DNA of 64,000 bases, taken from positions 13,353 to 77,352 of the forward strand of contig JANYKN010000081.1 in NCBI GenBank assembly GCA_025361565.1, in the 5' to 3' direction. This document shows positions 30,509 through 40,775 of the stretch, in pieces; the stretch's first letter is position 1; each line of letters starts with the position of its first letter. A program made the translations under genes and the position numbers. The notes under the pieces are model-generated. The model saw nothing but the letters and a program-made list of their open reading frames with translations, was not told the origin of the DNA and did no database searches. Source of the DNA: Bacteroidota bacterium (GTDB lineage: Bacteria > Bacteroidota > Bacteroidia > Bacteroidales > NBLH01).

Positions 30509-30778
30509 TTACCAACTTGCTTTTTTAACACCAGGTATTAAACCATAAGCAGCCATTTCACGAAATTGAATTCTGCTAATTCCAAATTGCCTGATGTATC
30601 CTTTTGGACGACCTGTTAGTTTGCATCTGTTATGTAAACGAACAGGAGATGCATTTTTTGGCAATTTTTGCAAACCTATGTAATCACCTTCAGCTTTTAA
30701 TTTAGCCCTTTTCTCAGCAAATCTATCAACTAATTTTTGCCTTTTAACCTCACGGGCTTTTAATGATTCTTTTGCCAT
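30509..30778 (-). CDS. rpsN: 30S ribosomal protein S14 (89 aa, Zn-free form)
   Basis: [14 protein letters not shown]; PGVKKASW. Confidence 0.98.
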   Translation of the reverse strand: MAKESLKAREVKRQKLVDRFAEKRAKLKAEGDYIGLQKLPKNASPVRLHNRCKLTGRPKGYIRQFGISRIQFREMAAYGLIPGVKKASW

Positions 30779-30782
30779 ACTA

Positions 30783-31337
30783 TTATTTGTTTACATTTTT
30801 AAACGGAATTCCAAATTCTTTCAATAATGCTAAACCTTCTTCATCAGATTTTGCAGAAGTGACAAAAGTAATATTCATTCCAAGCATTTTACTAACTTGA
30901 TCAATATTTATTTCTGGAAAAATGATTTGTTCAAGAACACCCATCGTGTAATTGCCTTTTCCGTCAAATTTATCACTCACACCACGAAAATCTCTAATCC
31001 TTGGAATAGATACAGAAATTAATCTTTCAAGGAACTCATACATCCTTTCGCGACGAAGTGTAACTTTAACACCAATTGGCATCTTTTTTCTCAATTTAAA
31101 ATTGGAAATGTCTTTCTTAGACAATGTAGCAACAGCCTTTTGTCCAGTTATATCAGTCACTTCTTTAAGTGCGATATCCAACAATTTTTTGTCTGCAACA
31201 GCGGCTCCCACACCTTGGTTAATTACTATCTTCTCCAATTTGGGTACCTGCATGATGCTCTTATATCCAAACTCTTTCTGCAAATTTGGTATAATTTCTT
31301 CAGTATATTTCTTTTTAAGATTAGGCGTGTAGTCCAT
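30783..31337 (-). CDS. rplE: 50S ribosomal protein L5
   Basis: [10 protein letters not shown]; PRIRDFRG; FDGKGNY. Confidence 0.98.
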   Translation of the reverse strand: MDYTPNLKKKYTEEIIPNLQKEFGYKSIMQVPKLEKIVINQGVGAAVADKKLLDIALKEVTDITGQKAVATLSKKDISNFKLRKKMPIGVKVTLRRERMYEFLERLISVSIPRIRDFRGVSDKFDGKGNYTMGVLEQIIFPEINIDQVSKMLGMNITFVTSAKSDEEGLALLKEFGIPFKNVNK

Positions 31338-31660
31338 TACTTAATCTCCTCATTTGTTTTTTTAGAATATCGCACTAATTTGTTTTCAGCATTTTTTCTT
31401 CTTCCAATCCTAGTTGCAACTCCTTTTGTAGGATCAACCAGCATTAAATTTGAAATATGAATAGGGGCTTCTTTTTTCACAATTCCACCTTGTGTATTGG
31501 TTGAATTTGGTTTTGTATGACGAGAAACCATATTTACTCCTTCAACCAAGGCTTTACTTTTTTCACGGTCAATTTCTAAAACCCTGCCTTTTTGGTTTTT
31601 GTAATCACCTGCGTTTACAATAACCATATCGCCTTTTTTTATATGTAATTTCTTTTGCAT
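31337..31660 (-). CDS. rplX: 50S ribosomal protein L24
   Basis: IKKGDMV; EAPIHISN. Confidence 0.98.
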   Translation of the reverse strand: MQKKLHIKKGDMVIVNAGDYKNQKGRVLEIDREKSKALVEGVNMVSRHTKPNSTNTQGGIVKKEAPIHISNLMLVDPTKGVATRIGRRKNAENKLVRYSKKTNEEIK

Positions 31661-31679
31661 AGGAATAATATTTTCTTAT

Positions 31680-32045
31680 TTATAGAACCTCAGGCGCTAG
31701 TGAAACAATTTTCATATACTTGCTGCGCAGTTCACGGGCAACTGGACCAAAAATTCTAGTACCACGCATTTCGCCAGCATTGTTTAACAAAACAACAGCG
31801 TTGTCGTCAAAACGGATATATGAACCATCAGGTCTTCTTATTTCTTTTTTTGTTCTTACTATAACAGCTTTAGAAACCGAACCTTTTTTAACTTCACTAG
31901 AAGGAATAGCACTTTTTATTGATACCACAACATTATCACCTACTCGTGCGTAACGTTTTTTTGTTCCTCCTAAAACTCGAATGACCAATACTTCTTTAGC
32001 GCCACTATTATCAGCAACTGCTAATCTTGATTCTTGTTGTACCAT
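31680..32045 (-). CDS. rplN: 50S ribosomal protein L14
   Basis: VADNSGAK; [12 protein letters not shown]. Confidence 0.98.
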   Translation of the reverse strand: MVQQESRLAVADNSGAKEVLVIRVLGGTKKRYARVGDNVVVSIKSAIPSSEVKKGSVSKAVIVRTKKEIRRPDGSYIRFDDNAVVLLNNAGEMRGTRIFGPVARELRSKYMKIVSLAPEVL

Positions 32046-32047
32046 AA

Positions 32048-32305
32048 TTATTTAGCCTTTTCAATAATTTCGACAAGTCGCCAACTTTTATTTTTGCTTA
32101 AATGTCGGGTTTCCATTATTTTAACAAAATCCCCAATATTGCAAATATTTTGCTCGTCGTGTGCCATGAATTTTTTGCTTTTATTGATAAATTTTCCATA
32201 AATTGGATGCTTTACCTTTCTGTTCACAAGAACAACAATGGACTTCTCCATTTTGTTACTTACTACCAATCCTGTACGTTCTTTACGTAAATTTCTATTT
32301 TCCAT
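32048..32305 (-). CDS. rpsQ: 30S ribosomal protein S17
   Basis: [11 protein letters not shown]; HPIYGK; AHDE. Confidence 0.98.
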   Translation of the reverse strand: MENRNLRKERTGLVVSNKMEKSIVVLVNRKVKHPIYGKFINKSKKFMAHDEQNICNIGDFVKIMETRHLSKNKSWRLVEIIEKAK

Positions 32306-32318
32306 GATCTATCCGTAA

Positions 32319-32519
32319 CTATACTTTATTTTCTAATACCCTTTTTCGCATTTCGGTTTTTAACCGTGCGACCAGTTTCCTGGATTCACCAATTTTATTC
32401 GGGTTATCGAGTGGTGAAATAGTATGATTAAGCTTCATTTTAATCAATAATGCTTTTTCATCTTCGACTTTCTCAATTAACTCTTTTGTGGTTAATTCTT
32501 TTATTTCAGAATTTTTCAT
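32319..32519 (-). CDS. rpmC: 50S ribosomal protein L29
   Basis: Position, size and LDNPNKI..RK.VARLKT motif. Confidence 0.95.
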   Translation of the reverse strand: MKNSEIKELTTKELIEKVEDEKALLIKMKLNHTISPLDNPNKIGESRKLVARLKTEMRKRVLENKV

Positions 32520-32953
32520 TATTCACCAATTAAAGATTCATCAAAATCATGACGTACTATAAACTTTGTAGTGATTGGCAATTTTTGAGCTGCCAACCTT
32601 AATGCTTCTTTCGCAACTTGATAAGAAACTCCTTCCGCTTCAAACAATATTCTTCCGGGTGTAACTCTGGCAACCCATAATTCAGGTGCACCTTTACCTT
32701 TACCCATCCTAACCTCTGCAGGTTTTTTAGTAACCGGCTTATCAGGGAAAATACGAATCCATATTTGTCCTTCCCTTTTCATATGACGAGTAACAGCCTG
32801 TCGAGCAGCTTCAATCTGTCTAGCAGTTATCCATGTAGTCTCTAAAGCTTTAATTCCAAATGAACCGAATGCCAATTGATTACCTCTTTGAGCATTGCCT
32901 TTCATCCGCCCTTTCTGCTGTTTCCTAAATTTTGTCTTCTTTGGTTGTAACAT
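32519..32953 (-). CDS. rplP: 50S ribosomal protein L16
   Basis: [11 protein letters not shown]; RMGKGKG. Confidence 0.98.
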   Translation of the reverse strand: MLQPKKTKFRKQQKGRMKGNAQRGNQLAFGSFGIKALETTWITARQIEAARQAVTRHMKREGQIWIRIFPDKPVTKKPAEVRMGKGKGAPELWVARVTPGRILFEAEGVSYQVAKEALRLAAQKLPITTKFIVRHDFDESLIGE

Positions 32954-32974
32954 AACGCGCTAAAAATTTAAAAT

Positions 32975-33670
32975 CTATTTCCTACGTTTCTTAAAGGTTT
33001 TTTGTCTTGGGTTTTTAGCTCCAAAATTTGGAGACAAATCTCTTTTTCCAAAAACTTCCCCTTTAAAAATCCAAACTTTAATTCCGATTAGGCCAACCTT
33101 TGTATGAGCTTCGGATAAACTGTAATCAATATCTGCCCTAAAAGTATGTAGAGGAATCCGACCTTCTTTATATTTTTCGGATCTTGCCATTTCTGCTCCA
33201 TTTAACCTGCCAGAAATCAAAACTTTGATTCCTTCTGCTCCCATTCTCATAGTGGAAGCGATTGACATTTTTATTGCTCTTCTATAAGCAATGTTGCCTT
33301 CAACCTGACGAGCTATATTAGCTCCAACCAGCACTGCATCAAGTTCAGGTCTTTTTATTTCAAAGATATTGATTTGGACTTCCTTTTTGGTAATTTTCTT
33401 CAACTCTTCTTTCAGTTTGTCAACTTCCTGACCACTTTTCCCAATAATGATTCCTGGTCTAGAGGTATGAACTGTAACTGTGATAAGTTTCAAGGTACGC
33501 TCAATAACTATTTTTGAAACATTTGCTTTAGATAGACGAACATTTAAATAATTTCTTATTTTACTGTCTTCGACTAATTTATTGGCGTATTTATTTCCAC
33601 CAAACCAGTTAGAATCCCAACCTTTTATGATTCCTAACCTATTGCTTATCGGATTTACCTTTTGTCCCAT
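32975..33670 (-). CDS. rpsC: 30S ribosomal protein S3
   Basis: MGQKVNP; [10 protein letters not shown]; [11 protein letters not shown]. Confidence 0.98.
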   Translation of the reverse strand: MGQKVNPISNRLGIIKGWDSNWFGGNKYANKLVEDSKIRNYLNVRLSKANVSKIVIERTLKLITVTVHTSRPGIIIGKSGQEVDKLKEELKKITKKEVQINIFEIKRPELDAVLVGANIARQVEGNIAYRRAIKMSIASTMRMGAEGIKVLISGRLNGAEMARSEKYKEGRIPLHTFRADIDYSLSEAHTKVGLIGIKVWIFKGEVFGKRDLSPNFGAKNPRQKTFKKRRK

Positions 33671-34075
33671 CTACTCTGAAATTTGTTTGCTTTCTAAAAT
33701 AATAGTAACATGATTTGACCTTTTGCGAATTCGATGTGCCCTTCCTTGTGGCGCTGGTCTTAATCTTTTCAACATTCTACCAGAATCTACAAAAACTTCT
33801 TTTACAAAAAGATTTGCATCTTCCATTCGAACTCCTTCATTCTTGATCTGCCAGTTAGAAATTGCCGAAAGAAGTAATTTTTCCAATTTCCTGGAGGCTT
33901 CTTTGGGGCTAAATTTAAGCAGATCAAGTGCACGCTTAACGCCAACACCTCGTACTAAATCTGCAACTAATCGCATTTTCCTAGGTGATGTTGGACAATT
34001 TCTTAAAGCTGCGCTATATTTGGTCTTTTTAGCTTCTTTTATTGCTTCTGCCCGGTTATGTTTTCTTGCTCCCAT
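33671..34075 (-). CDS. rplV: 50S ribosomal protein L22
   Basis: [14 protein letters not shown]; RPAPQGRA. Confidence 0.98.
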   Translation of the reverse strand: MGARKHNRAEAIKEAKKTKYSAALRNCPTSPRKMRLVADLVRGVGVKRALDLLKFSPKEASRKLEKLLLSAISNWQIKNEGVRMEDANLFVKEVFVDSGRMLKRLRPAPQGRAHRIRKRSNHVTIILESKQISE

Positions 34076-34106
34076 TTTATATTTTGTTATCTTTTGGAAT
34101 CTTTAA

Positions 34107-34376
34107 TTAACGCTTCTTATTTCCTGCATGTCCCCTAAATATCCTTGTGGGAGCAAATTCGCCTAATTTATGGCCAACCATGTTCTCTGTAACATATACG
34201 GGAATAAATTTATTTCCATTATGAACAGCGATTGTGTGTCCTACAAAATCTGGAGAAATCATCGAAGTCCTTGACCAAGTTTTTATCACTGATTTTTTTC
34301 CTGCTTCGTTCATTGCAAGAACTTTTTTCTCAAGCTTATAACTTATAAATGGACCTTTTTTCAGTGAACGACTCAT
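34107..34376 (-). CDS. rpsS: 30S ribosomal protein S19
   Basis: [10 protein letters not shown]; [13 protein letters not shown]. Confidence 0.98.
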   Translation of the reverse strand: MSRSLKKGPFISYKLEKKVLAMNEAGKKSVIKTWSRTSMISPDFVGHTIAVHNGNKFIPVYVTENMVGHKLGEFAPTRIFRGHAGNKKR

Positions 34377-34394
34377 ATTTCTAGATATAAAGTA

Positions 34395-35219
34395 TTATTT
34401 CTTTCTTTTTTCAACAATATATTTATTCGATGTTTTCTTCTTAGCCCTGGTTTTAAATCCTTTAGCTAATAAACCTTTTCTTGACCTAGGGTGTCCACCG
34501 GTTGCACGGCCTTCACCACCACCCATTGGATGGTCAACAGGGTTCATGGCAACACCACGTACTCTTGGACGACGGCCTAACCATCTACTTCTACCAGCTT
34601 TACCAGATTTTTCTAGAGCATGATCAGAATTCGAAACAGAACCTATGGTCGCTTTACAAGTTACCAGAATCATTCTGGATTCTCCTGAAGGCATCTTAAT
34701 AATTGCATACTTACCATCCCTTGAAGTTAACTGGGCATAGGTTCCTGCACTTCTAGCAATAACTGCTCCGCCGTTTGGTTGCATTTCAATATTGTGAACA
34801 ACCGTTCCAAGTGGAATATCAGAAAGATATAATGTATTGCCAATTTCCGGTGCAATCCCTTTACCTGAATTCAATTCTTGGCCAACTTTTAAACCATTAG
34901 GAGAAATGATGTATCTTTTCTCCCCATCGGCATAAACAACCAATGCAATTCTTGCAGATCTGTTTGGATCGTACTCTATTGTTTTAACTATTGCAGGAAT
35001 TCCTTCTTTATCCCTAGCAAAATCAACCATTCTGTATTTTCTTTTATGACCACCACCGATATTTCTAACAGTCATTTTACCTGTATCATTTCTACCGCCA
35101 GTGCGTTTTCTAGTTTGCAATAACGATTTTTCAGGTATGTTGGTGGTTATATCATCAAAATTACTTATGATTTTCCCTCTTTGTCCCGGAGTTGTCGGAT
35201 TAATTTTTCGTACAGCCAT
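34395..35219 (-). CDS. rplB: 50S ribosomal protein L2
   Basis: EYDPNRSA; [17 protein letters not shown]. Confidence 0.98.
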   Translation of the reverse strand: MAVRKINPTTPGQRGKIISNFDDITTNIPEKSLLQTRKRTGGRNDTGKMTVRNIGGGHKRKYRMVDFARDKEGIPAIVKTIEYDPNRSARIALVVYADGEKRYIISPNGLKVGQELNSGKGIAPEIGNTLYLSDIPLGTVVHNIEMQPNGGAVIARSAGTYAQLTSRDGKYAIIKMPSGESRMILVTCKATIGSVSNSDHALEKSGKAGRSRWLGRRPRVRGVAMNPVDHPMGGGEGRATGGHPRSRKGLLAKGFKTRAKKKTSNKYIVEKRKK

Positions 35220-35224
35220 TTTTC

Positions 35225-35515
35225 TTAAATATTGCTATAAAAATCTATTGTATCCCCTTGAATCAAGGTAATAACTGCTTTTTTAAAGGCATTTTCCGAT
35301 CCATGAACTATACCAGTTTTGGTATATCTCGATTTGGTTTTTCCAGAATAGCGCATTGTATTTACAGATTCTACAGATACGTTATACAAACTCTCTACAG
35401 CTTTTTTAATCTGTATTTTATTTGCATCTTTTGCGACTATGAAGCCAAAACAATTAAGTTTTTCGCTCTGCGCCGTCATTTTTTCAGTGATAATGGGCCT
35501 CAATAAAATTTCCAT
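35225..35515 (-). CDS. rplW: 50S ribosomal protein L23
   Basis: PIITEK; [11 protein letters not shown]; KKAVITL. Confidence 0.97.
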   Translation of the reverse strand: MEILLRPIITEKMTAQSEKLNCFGFIVAKDANKIQIKKAVESLYNVSVESVNTMRYSGKTKSRYTKTGIVHGSENAFKKAVITLIQGDTIDFYSNI

Positions 35516-35517
35516 TT

Positions 35518-36141
35518 CTAAAATGTTTTTTCTAGAGCATCAATTGAGCTTTCGGCAAAGATTAATGCTTTGGCGTTAATGATGTCATAAGTTGTTAATT
35601 CTGAAATTGTTACAGTCTTAGATCCCTGTAAATTTCTGGATGACAAATATATGTTTTTATTTGCTTCCCCTAAAACTAAAAGTGATTTTTTATCTCCTAA
35701 TTTAAGATTATTTTTAATCTCCTGATACTGTTTAGTTTGAGGAGTTTCAAAATTGAAATCTTCGATAATAAATACTTCTTCAGATAAAGCTTTGTATGTT
35801 AATGCAGATTTTCTGGCAACCAATTTTAGCTTTTTATTCAATTTAAAGCTATAATCTTTTGGTCTAGGACCAAAAACACGTCCACCACCTCTAAATATAG
35901 GATTTTTTATACTTCCAAACCTTGCAGAACCTGTTCCTTTTTGTTTCTTCAACTTTCTGGTACTACCAGCAATTTCAGCCCGTTCCTTCGATTTATGGGT
36001 ACCTTGTCTGTTATTTGCCATGAATTGTTTAACATCCAAATAAATAGCATGATCATTCGGTTCTACCCCAAAAATTGAATCGTTCAGATTAACTTGTCGG
36101 CCAGTATCTTCTCCTTTGATATTATATACTTTCAGTTCCAT
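35518..36141 (-). CDS. rplD: 50S ribosomal protein L4
   Basis: [10 protein letters not shown]; KQKGTGSAR; [10 protein letters not shown]. Confidence 0.98.
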   Translation of the reverse strand: MELKVYNIKGEDTGRQVNLNDSIFGVEPNDHAIYLDVKQFMANNRQGTHKSKERAEIAGSTRKLKKQKGTGSARFGSIKNPIFRGGGRVFGPRPKDYSFKLNKKLKLVARKSALTYKALSEEVFIIEDFNFETPQTKQYQEIKNNLKLGDKKSLLVLGEANKNIYLSSRNLQGSKTVTISELTTYDIINAKALIFAESSIDALEKTF

Positions 36142-36758
36142 TATTTCTCAACAATTAAATATGAACCTTTTGGTCCCGGAACGGAACCTTTAACCACTAA
36201 TAAATTGTTTTCAGTAATTATCTTCATTACTTTTAGGTTGATAACCTTTATTTTGTCACCACCTGTTCTACCAGCCATTCTTATTCCTTTGAAAACTCTT
36301 GAAGGATAAGATGAAGCACCAAGTGAACCAGGAGCTCTCAACCTGTTATGTTGACCATGAGTTGCACCACCAACGCCAGCAAAACCATGTCTTTTAACAA
36401 CACCCTGAAAACCTTTACCTTTACTTACTCCACTAATATCTAAAAAAAGATCATCATTGAAATAATCAACTGTAAGTACATCACCAATTTTCCAATCCTT
36501 AATAAAACCTTTAAGTTCTATCACTTTGTTTTTAGGTGTTGTATTTGCTTTTTTAAAGTGCCCTAACTCAGCTTTAGTTGTATGCTTTTCTTTTTTTTCA
36601 TCGAATGCAAGCTGTATTGCATTATAACCGTCATTTTCAATTGTTTTGATTTGGGTTATTATACAAGGACCTACTTCGATTACAGTGCATGGAATGTTTT
36701 TTCCCTCGGCACTGAATACGGATGTCATTCCGACTTTTTTTCCTATTAAACCTGGCAT
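36141..36758 (-). CDS. rplC: 50S ribosomal protein L3
   Basis: GKKVGMT; [15 protein letters not shown]; KGSVPG. Confidence 0.98.
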   Translation of the reverse strand: MPGLIGKKVGMTSVFSAEGKNIPCTVIEVGPCIITQIKTIENDGYNAIQLAFDEKKEKHTTKAELGHFKKANTTPKNKVIELKGFIKDWKIGDVLTVDYFNDDLFLDISGVSKGKGFQGVVKRHGFAGVGGATHGQHNRLRAPGSLGASSYPSRVFKGIRMAGRTGGDKIKVINLKVMKIITENNLLVVKGSVPGPKGSYLIVEK

Positions 36759-36777
36759 CTTGAGATTAATTTAAACC

Positions 36778-37083
36778 TTATACTTTTATTTCAACTTCTA
36801 CACCACTAGGCAACTCTAATTTCATCAAAGCATCAATCGTTTTTGGTGTTGAACTATAAATATCGATTAACCGTTTAAACGATGAAAGTTGAAATTGTTC
36901 ACGTGCTTTTTTGTTTACGAAAGGAGATCTTAACACTGTAAAAACCCTGCGATGTGTTGGCAATGGAATTGGCCCACTGACAACTGCGCCTGTTGCTTTT
37001 ACTGTTTTCACAATTTTTTCAGCTGAATTATCTACTAAATTGTGATCGTAAGATTTCAATTTTATTCGAATCTTCTGACTCAT
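36778..37083 (-). CDS. rpsJ: 30S ribosomal protein S10
   Basis: IRIKLKSYD; GPIPLPT. Confidence 0.98.
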   Translation of the reverse strand: MSQKIRIKLKSYDHNLVDNSAEKIVKTVKATGAVVSGPIPLPTHRRVFTVLRSPFVNKKAREQFQLSSFKRLIDIYSSTPKTIDALMKLELPSGVEVEIKV

Positions 37084-37094
37084 AAGATTATTTA

Positions 37095-39197
37095 TTATTC
37101 TGTTTTACCGATATTTTTAGCAATAACCTCTTTTGCAATACTCTCTGGCACTGGTGCATAATGTGAGAACTCCATTGTTGAAGTAGCCCGTCCAGATGAA
37201 AGCGTTCTTAAAACTGTAACATATCCAAATTTCTCTGACAATGGTACTTTAGCCTTTATAACCCTTGCATTTCCTTTAGATTCCATGCCCAGTATTTGGC
37301 CTCGACGTTTGTTAAAGTCAGAAATTATATCACCCATATATTCTTCCGGAGTTACTACCTCATCAGCCATAATTGGCTCTAGCAATACAGGCTTGGCTTT
37401 TGCAGCAGCATGTCTAAATGCAAGCTTAGCTGCTAATTCGAAAGATAATTGATCAGAATCGACTGCGTGGTAAGAACCATCCAACAGCGTTACCTTCAAA
37501 CTATCAACTGGATATCCGGCAAGTGGACCATTTGATAATGCTTCTTTGAAACCTTTTTCAATTGGAGCAATATATTCTCTTGGAATATTTCCACCTTTAA
37601 TCTCATCAATAAATTGTAAACCAACATGTCCTTCATCTGCAGGTTCGATACGAACACTTATATCTGCAAATTTTCCACGGCCACCAGTTTGCTTTTTAAA
37701 TACTTCCCTATGTGTAACAATTCCTGTAATAGCTTCTTTATATGCCACTTGTGGAGCACCTTGGTTACATTCTACTTTAAATTCACGCTTTAATCTATCA
37801 AGTAATATTTCCAGGTGAAGTTCTCCCATACCACTAATAATAGTTTGTCCAGTAGCATCATCTGTTTTTATTTTAAAAGTCGGATCTTCTTCTGCTAACT
37901 TATACAATGCTGTACCGAGTTTATCCAAATCTGCCTGAGTTTTTGGCTCAATTGCTACCCCAATAACTGGTTCTGGGAATGTCATTGACTCAAGTATAAT
38001 TTGCTTATCTTCAGTACACAAAGTATCGCCTGTGCGTATATCTTTAAAACCAACTGCTGAACAAATATCCCCTGCATGGATTTCATCCTTAGGGTTTTGT
38101 TTGTTTGCATGCATTTGATATAATCTCGAAATCCGTTCTTTCTTTCTTGTTCTTGGATTGTAAACATACGAACCAGATTGAAGAACACCTGAATATACTC
38201 TTATATAAGCCAGACGCCCTACGTAAGGATCTGTTGCTATTTTAAAAGCTAAAGCCGACAAAGGTTCATTATCCGAAGGTTGTCTAACAACTTGTACTTC
38301 ATCTTTAGGATTAAAACCTTCAATTCCCTCAATATCTAAAGGGCTAGGAAGTAATCCAACAACAGCATCGAGTAATCTTTGAACACCTTTATTTTTAAAC
38401 GCAGAACCACAAAGAACTGGAACAATTTTCATATCAATAACAGCCTTCCTTGTAACTGCCATAAACTCTTCGACAGTAATTGATTCTCTATCCTCAAAAA
38501 ATCTTTCAAGAAAATGATCATCAGATTCAGCAACTGCTTCAACTAATTTTTCGCGCCACTCTTCTACAGTGTCAACTAAATCAGCAGGAATTTCAGTATA
38601 TTCATATCGCATTCCTATTTCAGCATCCTCTTTCCAAACAATTGCTTTTCTTTCAATTAGATCAACCAATCCAATAAAGTTTTCTTCAGCACCTATTGGT
38701 ATTTGAAGTGGAACAGGATTAGCACCTAATTTTTCTTTAATTTCTGATACAACTTTGAAAAAATCAGCCCCATTTCTGTCCATTTTATTGATAAATGCCA
38801 TACGTGGAACTTTGTACTTATCCGCTTGACGCCAAACAGTTTCGCTTTGAGGTTCAACACCGCCAACTGCACAAAAAACTGCAACTGCACCATCTAAAAC
38901 TCTCAATGAACGTTCTACTTCAACAGTAAAGTCAACGTGTCCTGGAGTATCAATAATATTAACTTTATATTCGTCTTCTTTGTATTTCCAAAATGTTGTT
39001 GTTGCTGCGGCAGTTATTGTAATTCCCCGCTCCTGCTCCTGAATCATCCAATCCATTGTAGCAGCACCATCATGTACCTCTCCAAGCTTGTGGGTAACAC
39101 CAGTATAGAAAAGTATTCTCTCGGTTAATGTCGTTTTACCGGCATCAATGTGAGCCATTATCCCAATATTTCTTGTATAATTTAAATCCCTTGCCAT
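37095..39197 (-). CDS. fusA: Elongation factor G (canonical EF-G1)
   Basis: AHIDAGKTT; RGITI; DTPGHVDF; NKMD; located in the str operon. Confidence 0.98.
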   Translation of the reverse strand: MARDLNYTRNIGIMAHIDAGKTTLTERILFYTGVTHKLGEVHDGAATMDWMIQEQERGITITAAATTTFWKYKEDEYKVNIIDTPGHVDFTVEVERSLRVLDGAVAVFCAVGGVEPQSETVWRQADKYKVPRMAFINKMDRNGADFFKVVSEIKEKLGANPVPLQIPIGAEENFIGLVDLIERKAIVWKEDAEIGMRYEYTEIPADLVDTVEEWREKLVEAVAESDDHFLERFFEDRESITVEEFMAVTRKAVIDMKIVPVLCGSAFKNKGVQRLLDAVVGLLPSPLDIEGIEGFNPKDEVQVVRQPSDNEPLSALAFKIATDPYVGRLAYIRVYSGVLQSGSYVYNPRTRKKERISRLYQMHANKQNPKDEIHAGDICSAVGFKDIRTGDTLCTEDKQIILESMTFPEPVIGVAIEPKTQADLDKLGTALYKLAEEDPTFKIKTDDATGQTIISGMGELHLEILLDRLKREFKVECNQGAPQVAYKEAITGIVTHREVFKKQTGGRGKFADISVRIEPADEGHVGLQFIDEIKGGNIPREYIAPIEKGFKEALSNGPLAGYPVDSLKVTLLDGSYHAVDSDQLSFELAAKLAFRHAAAKAKPVLLEPIMADEVVTPEEYMGDIISDFNKRRGQILGMESKGNARVIKAKVPLSEKFGYVTVLRTLSSGRATSTMEFSHYAPVPESIAKEVIAKNIGKTE

Positions 39198-39215
39198 TTT
39201 TCTTATCTCTCTCTT

Positions 39216-39692
39216 CTAGAATTTAAAGAATGCAAATGCTTTATTGGCCTCTGCCATTCTGTGCATATCTTCTTTTTTCTTGAAGGCACCGCCTTCTTCA
39301 TTATATGCAGCTAAAATTTCAGCTGCCAATTTTTCACCCATGGATTTTCCACTACGTTTACGAGCGAATGTAACCATGTTTTTAATACTAATGGAAACTT
39401 TTCTTTCTGCTCTTATTTCCATAGGAACTTGGAATGTCGCACCACCTACACGGCGACTTTTAACTTCAACCATTGGTGTGATATTTTCTAAAGCTTTTTT
39501 CCAAATATCTAATGGGCTTTTATCAATGTTGGCAGACTTCTCTTTTACAATGTCCAAAGCACTGTAAAAAATATTATATGAAGTATTCTTTTTACCTGAA
39601 ATCATTAAATCATTAACAAACCTGGTAACCAGTGTATCTGTAAATTTAGGATCCGGTAATAAAATCCGCTTTTTTGGTTTTCTTTTTCTCAT
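39216..39692 (-). CDS. rpsG: 30S ribosomal protein S7
   Basis: [15 protein letters not shown]; [10 protein letters not shown]. Confidence 0.98.
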   Translation of the reverse strand: MRKRKPKKRILLPDPKFTDTLVTRFVNDLMISGKKNTSYNIFYSALDIVKEKSANIDKSPLDIWKKALENITPMVEVKSRRVGGATFQVPMEIRAERKVSISIKNMVTFARKRSGKSMGEKLAAEILAAYNEEGGAFKKKEDMHRMAEANKAFAFFKF

Positions 39693-39717
39693 TTTATTTC
39701 TAACCTAACGATTTTAA

Positions 39718-40098
39718 CTACTTTTTATCTTTTGGCCTTTTTGTACCGTATTTTGAACGTCTTTGTGTTCTTCCTTCAACACCTGAAGTATCAAGAGCAC
39801 CTCTAATAATGTGATATCTCACACCTGGTAAATCTTTAACACGACCACCCCTAATAAGTACAATCGAGTGCTCCTGTAAATTATGTCCTTCTCCGGGTAT
39901 GTAAGCATTTACTTCTTTTCCATTTGTTAACCTTACTCTTGCAACCTTGCGCATTGCGGAGTTTGGCTTCTTAGGAGTAGTAGTGTATACCCTAACACAC
40001 ACACCTCTTCGTTGAGGACAATTATCTAAGGCTGGAGCTTTACTTTTTTCTACTATTTTTGCTCTTCCTATTCTTACTAATTGCTGAATTGTAGGCAT
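39718..40098 (-). CDS. rpsL: 30S ribosomal protein S12
   Basis: [11 protein letters not shown]; [12 protein letters not shown]. Confidence 0.99.
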   Translation of the reverse strand: MPTIQQLVRIGRAKIVEKSKAPALDNCPQRRGVCVRVYTTTPKKPNSAMRKVARVRLTNGKEVNAYIPGEGHNLQEHSIVLIRGGRVKDLPGVRYHIIRGALDTSGVEGRTQRRSKYGTKRPKDKK

Positions 40099-40142
40099 AA
40101 AGACTATATAATTTGTTGTTTTAATTTGTTAAAATTGGTCTG

Positions 40143-40150
40143 CAAAGGTA
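40143..40150 (-). promoter_or_regulatory. -7 element of the str/S10 superoperon promoter
   Basis: TACCTTTG about 45 bp upstream of rpsL. Confidence 0.7.
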
Positions 40151-40696
40151 AAAGATATTTTCTTTAATACAATAGCAACAAAAAAGATTTTACAATGAAT
40201 TTGCTTGATTATCAAATTGCTTTTTTTTATAATATTATATATCAGTTATTTATACTGTCATTTAATTGATTTTTTTTTTTAATCTTCGGCAATAAAAGTT
40301 CATTTTCTCAGATTTAAGATCTTATTAAATCAACGAATTTATTAGCTTATAAGTTTATGTATAAGCGTATTGGCATACAATTTTTCTATTTATTTATAAA
40401 TGATATCTTTTCTTAAGACTTGTTATGATTTGTCCTATAATCAATCAAATAAAATAACTTGTTATAAATTATTTGCATTCATATTAAGAAAAGTATGTTA
40501 TAGAATATCTAAAATTGAGAAATAATCAACAGAAACAATAGATAATCTATTGATATACAATTATTAATATTATATAATTTTTAACTAAATCTAGAAAATT
40601 CAATTATTTAAAAAAATGAGAAAACGGTTCTGAACGATGAATTAAAAAGATTTTCAGAACACTTAAAGAAGAAGTTGGATGTATGTAAAATTTTAT

Positions 40697-40704
40697 TAAT
40701 TTTG
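40697..40704 (+). promoter_or_regulatory. -7 element of the EF-G2 promoter
   Basis: TAATTTTG about 70 bp upstream of the 40776 start. Confidence 0.55.
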
Positions 40705-40775
40705 ACCGTCACAAATAAGAATACTATTTTAAACTATTGATTTTACTAATATATTAACTACTTAAAAAGGATAGA

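Noticed and set aside
36778-40098. Absence of tuf after fusA, and of adk after secY
   Set aside because: This is the normal Bacteroidota gene order, not a loss specific to this genome.
22492-40098. Lack of Shine-Dalgarno sequences and many antisense ORFs in the ribosomal operon
   Set aside because: Bacteroidota generally use A-rich, SD-less initiation regions; the antisense ORFs are codon-bias shadows.
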